Positions 8,240-15,128 are shown, numbered from the stretch's first letter. The stretch is 32,000 nt of DNA from Dickeya solani IPO 2222 (GCF_001644705.1 NZ_CP015137.1:4440001-4472000); one strand, 5' to 3'. Translations and numbers: made by a program. The notes: a model not told the origin generated them from the sequence alone.

Positions 8240-9382
8240 TCACGAAGACGTTGCGGTATCCGGAATTCCACGCACCCTGATCGGCTCCTTCACGGCGTTT
8301 GCGGCGAGGAGGTGTTGAAGGGCGGAGATGGCGGTGTCGGTGAGTTCATGGCCCTTGGTGAGTACCATCAAGTCGTTGGTGGTGCGGATGTCTTCATCCA
8401 CTATCCAACCGGGTTTTAATTCGCAAATGCGCACAGTGCGGGTACCGGCCACGTTAGAGCGGAAATCAACCAACGATTTGATGATGTACTCAGGGATAGC
8501 CGGCCGCGCCACGCGCAGGATTTCCCTGGGATGTTCCAGACTCAGCCCCCGGGCAGCGTGGCGTTCCAGTTCCAGAGCGGCGCGCAAGAGGTGAGCGCCG
8601 CGGATAACCTCTGTGGGGGCGTTGGACGGGGCAACCCCGGCCTGGTGGCGGATGATCTCGGCCACCAGTTCGAGGCGGGGAATGTTCTTCACCAGGCGGC
8701 CGGCGACATCTGGGTGCTCCTGAAGGAGTTTTTTCTCATCCTCCGAGAGGTTACGCTGGGCTGCGTCGGCCTGGACGATATCGGCGGGAATACCAACACA
8801 GCCGATTTGGCTCAATGAGGCGGCGATGGTATATATCCATCCATCAGGCCACTCCAGCTTGGACAGAGCGTGGCGAACACAGGACTGGGCGAAGGCCGCC
8901 CGCTGAAAAGCCCAGGGAGCAACCATAGCGAGCACTTCAGTCAGTGTCTTGACCGAGGCGGTTAGGGTGGTTTCCAGTAACTCCTTTTCCGCACAGATGA
9001 GACGGTACTGACTGACTGCATCGCTAAGCGCCGCAACCAGTTCCTCCTTGGGGCAAGGTTTGCAGAGGTAGCGAAAGATGGCCCCTTTGTTAATGGCCGC
9101 GATGGAGGATTCCACGTCGGCTTGCCCGGTGAGGAGGATACGTACGCTGTCGGGCGAGATTTCCCGCGCTTTGGCGAGGAAGGTGGCGCCGTCCATGCCA
9201 GGCATACGCATGTCGGACATGATCACGGCAAAACGCTGTCCCCAGCGAACGGCGTCCAGGCCGGCTTCACCACTGTGAGCCACCACAACGTCGAATTCGC
9301 CAAAGAGGTTACGTTCCATTGCAGCAAGTACATTGGGCTCGTCGTCTACGCACAGCACCCGGGGCAAGGCAGTTTCAGTCAT
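8240..9382 (-). CDS. Response regulator: REC domain plus degenerate HD-GYP-like domain plus C-terminal ELKPGW-type domain
   Basis: REC residues are present: VDDEP, IMSDMRMPGMDG, YLCKP. The middle region aligns with the HD-GYP layout (..AASLSQIGCVGIP.. LSEDEKKLLQEHPDVAGRLV.. VAEIIRHQAG) but contains no HD dipeptide, no HHE and no GYP. The ATG overlaps the upstream stop by 8 nt, with AGGAA 7-8 nt upstream. Confidence 0.85.
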   Translation of the reverse strand: MTETALPRVLCVDDEPNVLAAMERNLFGEFDVVVAHSGEAGLDAVRWGQRFAVIMSDMRMPGMDGATFLAKAREISPDSVRILLTGQADVESSIAAINKGAIFRYLCKPCPKEELVAALSDAVSQYRLICAEKELLETTLTASVKTLTEVLAMVAPWAFQRAAFAQSCVRHALSKLEWPDGWIYTIAASLSQIGCVGIPADIVQADAAQRNLSEDEKKLLQEHPDVAGRLVKNIPRLELVAEIIRHQAGVAPSNAPTEVIRGAHLLRAALELERHAARGLSLEHPREILRVARPAIPEYIIKSLVDFRSNVAGTRTVRICELKPGWIVDEDIRTTNDLMVLTKGHELTDTAISALQHLLAANAVKEPIRVRGIPDTATSS

Positions 9383-10472
9383 CGAGAGTTTCCTGCGTGT
9401 GGGCGAGCATTTTCTGCCACTGGGGCAGTTTATTCAGCACGCCGGTTTGTTCAAGATAGTCCAGGTCCGGGCCGCTGTTATTGGCGAGAGCGACCGCTAC
9501 ATGCACAGCACCAATCGCGCCAAAGGTTTTATCCGCGGAACGGGAGGGGTGCGTGTGACAGGCTACGGCTTCCACGATGTCCACAGGTAAACCCCACAGC
9601 GCCAGCAGATATGCGCCTACCGCGGCGTGTATTGGGGTGTTGTCGCGAGTCGTGGTTGCCTCGTTGTCAGATTCCCTCAGTTCGGGGATAAGCAGCGCAA
9701 TGTTGGCAAGTAAGGCGGCGGTCGGCTCCAGTCCCTGATGACCGGAGATGCTGGCGGCCAGGGTTGAGGCGAGCAGCGCACGTTGTTGCAGCCGGTCCAC
9801 ATAAGGGTCGAGCTTCGCGTCCGCAAAGACCTGAGACGCCAGAACAAGTAGCTGCACCTGATCCAGACCCAGGTGGATGATGGCATTTCCGATGTCATTA
9901 ATGTGACCGCCTCTGGCAAAATAGGCCGAATTAGCAAGCTGCATAATCTTGGCGCTCAACGCAGGATCACTGCCCAGCAGTTCGGCGATCTGTCGGGTAT
10001 CGCTGCCGGGGTTGGCAATGAGACGGCATACTTCGGTGAACACTTTGGGGGCAGCCGGCAGTCGGCTGGTGCGGCCCACTATCTCGACCACCGCGGGGTC
10101 CTGGAACATGTCGCGCAGGGCCAGAGCGCTTCCTACCATCTCCAGCAGCACCGTGCTGTCACAGGGTTTGGATACAAACCGGTGGGCGACGTCCACCATA
10201 CGCACGGTGGCATCGGGTTCAGAATAGCCGGACAGGATGATGCGTATTGTACCAGGCCAGCGGTCGCGTACCTGAGTAAGTAATTCAGCGCCGTCCATGA
10301 AGGGCATTCGCATGTCGGACACCACCACGTCGGCCGGCTTCTTCTCCAGCATCGCAAGTGCCTCCTGGCCGCTATTGGCAAAGCGGCATTCCCATTCGGT
10401 GTCTTGCATCATGAGGGCCCGCTCAATACCGGAGAGCACCCGACTTTCGTCATCGACGAACATCACTTGCAT
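9375..10472 (-). CDS. Response regulator: REC domain plus HDOD domain
   Basis: REC residues are present: VDDES, VVSDMRMPFMDG, FVSKP. The HDOD signature is LPAAPKVFTEVCRLIANPGSDTRQIAELLGSDPALSAKIMQLANSAYFARGGHINDIGNAIIHLGLD. The ATG overlaps the kinase stop by 10 nt. Confidence 0.85.
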   Translation of the reverse strand: MQVMFVDDESRVLSGIERALMMQDTEWECRFANSGQEALAMLEKKPADVVVSDMRMPFMDGAELLTQVRDRWPGTIRIILSGYSEPDATVRMVDVAHRFVSKPCDSTVLLEMVGSALALRDMFQDPAVVEIVGRTSRLPAAPKVFTEVCRLIANPGSDTRQIAELLGSDPALSAKIMQLANSAYFARGGHINDIGNAIIHLGLDQVQLLVLASQVFADAKLDPYVDRLQQRALLASTLAASISGHQGLEPTAALLANIALLIPELRESDNEATTTRDNTPIHAAVGAYLLALWGLPVDIVEAVACHTHPSRSADKTFGAIGAVHVAVALANNSGPDLDYLEQTGVLNKLPQWQKMLAHTQETLDD

Positions 10473-11578
10473 GCCGGGCCATCCTCTGTGTGGCAGTGAA
10501 GGGGCAGTTGCAGGATGAACGTCGTCCCCACGCCTTCTTCAGACTCGCAACGGATCAGCCCATCATGTTTGTCTACCACGGTCGAGTAGACAATAGCGAG
10601 CCCCTGACCCGTGCCTTTGCCTACGGCTTTGGTCGTGAAGAAGGGATCGAAAATGCGGTCGCGGATCCCTGCAGGAATGCCGCCTCCGTCGTCTTTGACT
10701 CGGATCTCCATATACTCGCCGTCCCGCGCCGCTGATATGATGATGTTGCCTTTTTCCCTGATGCCTTCCTGAATGGTATCTGCGATGGCGTGGGCGGCGT
10801 TCACCACCAGGTTGATAATGGCCTGACCGATCATATCGCGCAGACACGGCAATTGCGGCAAGTCGTCCTCGAAGCAGGTCTCAAGTTCCGCCACGTATTT
10901 CCATTCGTTGCGGGCGACGGTCACCGTCGTGTTGATGACCTCGCGCACATCCACCAATTCCTTCTCGCTATGGGAAGGGTGGGAGAATTCCTTCATGGCA
11001 GCTACGATCTTGGCGATATGACCAAGGCCTTCCAGCGATTCGTCTAAGGCGTTTGGAATCTGGCGGCGCAGAAAATCCAGTTTAGTGCGCTTGAGAACGG
11101 TGTCGAACTCCGCCATCACGGGCTCTTCAGCCATTTTCCCCCGTGTGGCATCGGCCAACGCCAGCGCGGAGTCCAACAGGCTCAGAAGGGAAACGGTGGC
11201 TGTCTTAACGAAACCCACATTGTCGGAAACGTACTGGGTTGGCGTGTTAATTTCATGGGCGATGCCGGCGGCGAGTTGTCCGATGGACTCCATCTTCTGA
11301 GCCTGTAGCAATTGATCCTGGGTGAAGCGCAACTCGGTCAGCGTTTTTTCTAACTCCTGGCGTTCGTTTTCTAACTCCACGGTCTTGCGGGCGACCACCT
11401 TCTCCAGGCCTACGTTTTGTTCCAGGATGGCAAAGGGCGTAGCGTGGCTGTGTCTGGCCTCTTGTGCAATGCGGCGCTTGAGTACTTCAATGGTCTTGTC
11501 CCGGGCGGTGAGCTTGCGCTGGTATTCGGCGGTGGACAAACCACTGGCGGACGCTTCGGAAAATGTTCCTTCAGTCAA
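10463..11578 (-). CDS. Soluble histidine kinase (HisKA + HATPase_c) with only an N-terminal coiled coil
   Basis: H-box is [11 protein letters not shown]. ATPase boxes are [27 protein letters not shown] and [11 protein letters not shown]. No hydrophobic segment and no PAS/GAF-like region precedes the H-box. I prefer the TTG start at 11578, which has GGAGGA 7 nt upstream; the track uses the TTG at 11593, which lies inside that SD. Confidence 0.88.
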   Translation of the reverse strand: MTEGTFSEASASGLSTAEYQRKLTARDKTIEVLKRRIAQEARHSHATPFAILEQNVGLEKVVARKTVELENERQELEKTLTELRFTQDQLLQAQKMESIGQLAAGIAHEINTPTQYVSDNVGFVKTATVSLLSLLDSALALADATRGKMAEEPVMAEFDTVLKRTKLDFLRRQIPNALDESLEGLGHIAKIVAAMKEFSHPSHSEKELVDVREVINTTVTVARNEWKYVAELETCFEDDLPQLPCLRDMIGQAIINLVVNAAHAIADTIQEGIREKGNIIISAARDGEYMEIRVKDDGGGIPAGIRDRIFDPFFTTKAVGKGTGQGLAIVYSTVVDKHDGLIRCESEEGVGTTFILQLPLHCHTEDGPACK

Positions 11579-12695
11579 CGTTCTGTCCTCCAATGGCGAT
11601 GCCCGTGAAGGTTTGGTTCACGTGCAACCCGTTATATTGCTCGCCGTAGGTGGAAAAACCGATTACCCGGTTCTGCGCCATTACGCTGCCGATCTGCTGT
11701 TCAAGCCCTTCCTGTTCGAACTGGAGTCGACGCAGGATGCAATCACAGCCGATGATTACCGCGGGTTCTGGAATCGTCTCGCGGACTTTGTCAAAGGCCT
11801 GTTTGAGGGTTCGGACCGGGTCCTCCGCTTTGCCGATGGCGACGATCAGTCCTTCTTCGATGGCGCAGTAGCAGGTGAGAGAGAGATCGTCGTTCCACTT
11901 CTGTATGGAACGGACGTAGGGTTCATCACCGAAGGAGAGCATCAGCGGATTGCGGGAAAATACCGTCGGCGTCAATTCGTTCACCGTGAGACCTAAGGCT
12001 TCCGCGTAAACCTGAGCGGCAGGTTCGCCGTTTATCTCCAGGATGAGCCGCTTCTCCGGGTCGGCCTCGGTGATGATTAGCTCTACCTCGCTGGGTTCGA
12101 AGTGCTGGACCTTAAAGGTGGTGACGGGCGAATGGGTCTCGATAACAGCGAATACGGCTGCGTCGGAAATGAACCGTCCATTTCCATCATAGACATGAGT
12201 CTTTTCGAAACGTAGGTCATCACCAGCGGAGCCGCCGATTATAGGAACGTTGCCGATCTGCTGATAGAGGTTCGCTACCAGACGTTCTTCGACCATAGAG
12301 AGGCCGTCTACCAGCAGCAGACCGAAACGATGCAGGTTCGGCCTGGCCTCACTATCGCGGCGAATTGCTTCGGCGATATCGGCCACTACCGCGGTATAGT
12401 TGACCAAAGGTTGAATCATGAAGGAGTGGATGCGAAAACCGCCGCCTAATCCGAGACCCAATAGTCCAGAGTGCTGGAAGCCTTCGGTGCCAATCTGTCC
12501 AGAGGACGTGCAACCTATGCAGGGACAGGAGAAGGTGTTCTTCAACTCTCGGCCCAGAACATCCAGGTCGTAGTCTGGGGAGCAGAAGAAAATGACGGCA
12601 TCGATGCCTTCATGACCAATCTGGCTGGCAAACTCGGCGACAGCCTCGACCGGGTTCGGCGATTCGCTACTGGCATATTTGGGTTGGACATTCAT
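11571..12695 (-). CDS. Stand-alone FIST-domain protein (FIST_N + FIST_C)
   Basis: FIST_N pattern: DAVIFFCSPDYDLDVLGRELKNTFSCPCIGCTSSGQIG. FIST_C pattern: VPIIGGSAGDD..., AVIIGCDCILRRLQFEQEG..., VIGFSTYGEQYNGLHVNQTFTG. GGGAGA lies 7 nt upstream of the ATG at 12695. No other domain is present. Confidence 0.85.
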   Translation of the reverse strand: MNVQPKYASSESPNPVEAVAEFASQIGHEGIDAVIFFCSPDYDLDVLGRELKNTFSCPCIGCTSSGQIGTEGFQHSGLLGLGLGGGFRIHSFMIQPLVNYTAVVADIAEAIRRDSEARPNLHRFGLLLVDGLSMVEERLVANLYQQIGNVPIIGGSAGDDLRFEKTHVYDGNGRFISDAAVFAVIETHSPVTTFKVQHFEPSEVELIITEADPEKRLILEINGEPAAQVYAEALGLTVNELTPTVFSRNPLMLSFGDEPYVRSIQKWNDDLSLTCYCAIEEGLIVAIGKAEDPVRTLKQAFDKVRETIPEPAVIIGCDCILRRLQFEQEGLEQQIGSVMAQNRVIGFSTYGEQYNGLHVNQTFTGIAIGGQNVD

Positions 12696-12744
12696 GACGA
12701 GTTCTCCCGATGCTAAGCAGAAACCTTCGCCTGCGCTCCTGCAT

Positions 12745-12785
12745 TCTTCAGTTACCCTCTGTCAGTATCCTTCTGTCAGTTATCC
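12745..12785 (-). repeat. Three tandem 13-15 bp repeats in the cassette leader
   Basis: Plus-strand units are TCTTCAGTTACCC (12745-12757), TCTGTCAGTATCC (12758-12770) and TTCTGTCAGTTATCC (12771-12785). They are followed by the inverted repeat CCTCTC-ca-GAGAGG (12785-12798) and (GGT)x4 (12802-12813). Confidence 0.7.
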
Positions 12786-13381
12786 CTCTCCAGAGAGGTT
12801 AGGTGGTGGTGGTACAAATAGCAAATATGCAGAATTTTATCTTATCTATGTATATCAATAGGACGGCCACCTCCCATTGTTATGCTGCCATTCTCCGAAT
12901 ACGCATTAACAATAAGAAAATGCCGCGTGACCAGGCTGGTGAAAGGCCTACGGGATTTCGGGCTACGGCAAACCCAACGCATTTATCCACCGTCGCGAAA
13001 ATGACGAATGGTCATTTTCTCTGAACTTTCGCCACCTTTGTTGAACAGCAGGGCTGTCTCAGTGGCGGCACTCCCAAGGGGGCCGCCGCCAGATAACTCC
13101 GGAGAGCGTCAGCGTGAGCAGTTCGTCAGGTTGGTGCTGGACAGTCGCCAACGCCTGGAGACTCTCTACACCAGTGGTCAGAGTGAAGCACAGATGGCCG
13201 CCGGAAAAGCCGCTGAGTTCGAACGTTTGCGTCAGCATTATCGACAAATGCGTGACCAGCAATGGAGTGGTGAAGGTCGATACGATGATTAGTTCGCAGG
13301 CGAACGATTGCTTAATGATAACGCTTCTTGGGATAGGTTATTCGAGTCGCTTAGCTTGAACTTTTTGTTACATCCCTGTTA

Positions 13382-13419
13382 TTGAAAGGTCTATCTTGCG
13401 ACAGATAATGATGATTATC
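13382..13419 (+). promoter_or_regulatory. Sigma70-type promoter (candidate RyeA promoter) overlapped by a Fur-like inverted repeat
   Basis: TTGAAA (13382-13387), a 16-nt spacer, then GATAAT (13404-13409). GATAATGATGATTATC (13404-13419) is GATAAT/ATTATC with a 4-nt spacer, so it resembles a Fur box but does not have canonical spacing. Confidence 0.45.
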
Positions 13420-13450
13420 TAACCCGTTGCAATTTACACCGGGTACGGAT

Positions 13451-13480
13451 TTTCGGACAAATTTCGGACATTTTCGGACA
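13451..13480 (+). repeat. Three direct repeats of TTTCGGACA at 10-11 bp spacing
   Basis: TTTCGGACA occurs at 13451-13459, 13462-13470 and 13472-13480. The repeats lie just outside the SdsR terminator and inside the predicted RyeA 5' region. Confidence 0.75.
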
Positions 13481-13512
13481 TTGAAAAATAAATCATTTAA
13501 AATCAATGGCAT

Positions 13513-13618
13513 AAAAAAAGACCGAACACGATTCCTGTGCCCGGTCTAGGGAAATGGCTCTTGGGAGAGAGCCGTGCGCTAAAAGTTGGCATTTGTTGCG
13601 GGCTGCATCACAACCCGC
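13513..13618 (-). ncRNA. sdsR: SdsR (RyeB) small RNA
   Basis: The minus strand reads GCGGGTTGTGATGCAGCCCGCAACAAATGCCAACTTTTAGCGCACGGCTCTCTCCCAAGAGCCATTTCCCTAGACCGGGCACAGGAATCGTGTTCGGTCTTTTTTT. The core ATGCCAACTTTTAGCGCACGGCTCTCTCCCAAGAGCCATTTCCCT is identical to the E. coli SdsR sequence as I remember it. A terminator hairpin GACCG..CGGTC plus U7 follows. A sigma-S-type -10 CTACGCTTAA lies at 13631-13622. The position next to yebY is as in E. coli. Confidence 0.85.
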
Positions 13619-13762
13619 ACTTTAAGCGTAGACGACTCACTTTCGTTTGCCAGTCTGGCCCAGTTTTTGACGGTCAATTCTGAAACAATCTGTACACTTT
13701 GTGACAACCAGCGCAAACCCGCGTATTCGTAATCCACTCTCTCTTCAGGAGTGCTATATGCG

Positions 13763-14101
13763 CTACTGGCAGAGGGCTTTTGCCCGGTCGATAAAGGGTT
13801 GCAGACTCATTTTTTGGCCCGGATTCTGCGGGTCATCCAGAAGAAGGGTTTCCAGCGGACGAGCGTTCATCTTGCCGGAGTTGACCTGCTCACGCGCCAC
13901 GTCATTGAGCGGGTATTGCACCAGCGTACTGGGATTGATCACGTACATGGCATGGCCGGGTCTGCAGATCAACTGAACTTCTTCGCGGTTGAACGCCCAG
14001 CGCGGGCCATATTCCAGCTTGCTCAGGTTAGCCAGTTGCGGCGCGGCTAACGCCTGGGCCGACAACACAGAGACAATAAGCGACAGCACTACTTTTTTCA
14101 T
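13763..14101 (-). CDS. yebY: YebY (DUF2511) periplasmic protein
   Basis: [22 protein letters not shown]... [35 protein letters not shown]... [15 protein letters not shown] closely matches E. coli YebY. Confidence 0.9.
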   Translation of the reverse strand: MKKVVLSLIVSVLSAQALAAPQLANLSKLEYGPRWAFNREEVQLICRPGHAMYVINPSTLVQYPLNDVAREQVNSGKMNARPLETLLLDDPQNPGQKMSLQPFIDRAKALCQ

Positions 14102-14619
14102 TGTGATATTCCATGTAAAGCTCCCAGGCGGGAGATGACCTCAGGTCTACCGCCGGGCGAGACGATACCTCACCACAACGAGACGGCGAGTGGCAGGCCC
14201 GGAAGGGCGATCATAACGGCCGGGTTTGATGAAGTCGAGTCGGCCAGATCGACATTGATCTTACCTGGGAGCGGGTGAGCTGCCGGGTAAGGACGAAGAA
14301 AACGACGTTATTCATACGGGGAACGGAAACGTGCCGTTGATTTTCTTGCCAGAGGTAAGGTGTAAAAACCGATGAGCCTTCAGGAACCCCTTTGTCTGCA
14401 AGATGATATTGGTTACCTGATTATATGTTCTGGTTTCCTATCAGGACGGCTGGATAATTCCTATATCTTCATCGTTATTACCTATTGAATAAATAATGAT
14501 ATTCAGAATGCACATTTGTTTATCTGACGAATAATTTTCGTATAATTCACAACGAAATTTTCAGAGAGATAATTATTGGTCATCAATGGCTTCAAATTAA
14601 ACAGGGAGTTGAGGTAGTA

Positions 14620-15063
14620 ATGAATAAAGTTAAAATATTTTTATTAATGGCAATAGCATCGTTGATACCGCTGAACGTCATCGCAGGAACGTCAACTAAT
14701 CCTCCGCGCATTCCGGCAATTAAACTCATCACCACACCGGATAGCCATTCGGCTTATCTGAAAGGCAGCATTCCTGTGCTGGAAAAAATACCCGCGCAAA
14801 ATTTCTGGATTAATAACTCGGTGGAGGCGTGGGAGAAAAGCACGCACCCGGCGCCGAGAAAACAATATGTCATTACGCTGAAAGGTAAGCTGAAATTCAA
14901 AGTCAGTGACGGTTCTACATTTATTCTGTCGCCGGGAACGGTTTTGCTGGCTGAGGATACCAATGGCGAAGGGCACAGCTGGGAACTGATGGAAGGCGAC
15001 GAATGGGTCAGGGTTTATATTCCGATGACCGGTGATAATGACTATTTTGTTGCCGATCAATAA
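14620..15063 (+). CDS. Secreted small cupin-like protein (hypothetical)
   Basis: 147 aa with signal peptide MNKVKIFLLMAIASLIPLNVIAG. A beta-rich C-terminal half (..TLKGKLKFKVSDGSTFILSPGTVLLAEDTNGEGHSWELMEGDEWVRVYIP) resembles a single cupin barrel. GGGAG/GAGG lies upstream. The gene and its 200-bp upstream region are markedly AT-rich. Confidence 0.6.
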   Translation: MNKVKIFLLMAIASLIPLNVIAGTSTNPPRIPAIKLITTPDSHSAYLKGSIPVLEKIPAQNFWINNSVEAWEKSTHPAPRKQYVITLKGKLKFKVSDGSTFILSPGTVLLAEDTNGEGHSWELMEGDEWVRVYIPMTGDNDYFVADQ

Positions 15064-15128
15064 TCTTCGCTTGTCTATCGCAGGCAGATAAACATTGCCG
15101 CCGTATCCGTGCCGATACGAACAACGGG

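Larger units (their letters stand above)
13417..13624 (+). ncRNA. ryeA: Candidate RyeA/SraC, the antisense partner of SdsR
   Basis: The start is predicted from the promoter above, about 100 nt upstream of the SdsR 3' end as in E. coli. The transcript would cover SdsR in antisense. The 3' end is guessed from the hairpin TGCGGG..CCCGCA (13597-13619) followed by CTTT. Both ends are uncertain. Confidence 0.4.

Noticed and set aside
7257-12695. The nuclease plus the adjacent signalling cassette read as one phage-defence-like system
   Set aside because: The nuclease has a Sec signal peptide and is convergently transcribed with its own terminator. The cassette proteins contain no ATPase, helicase, methylase or effector domains typical of defence systems. 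Adjacency alone is insufficient.
13451-13480. TTTCGGACA repeats as CsrA-binding GGA motifs (a CsrB-like sponge)
   Set aside because: The GGA context is UCGGAC rather than the A(N)GGA / CAGGAUG context preferred by CsrA, and only three copies are present.
14371-14496. 41-aa plus-strand ORF (MSLQEPLCLQDDIGYLIICSGF...) in the yebY-cupin spacer, considered as a small hydrophobic toxin
   Set aside because: The SD spacing is weak, there is no clear transmembrane helix, no antisense RNA features are visible, and my first hand translation of it contained a frame error. Support is insufficient.
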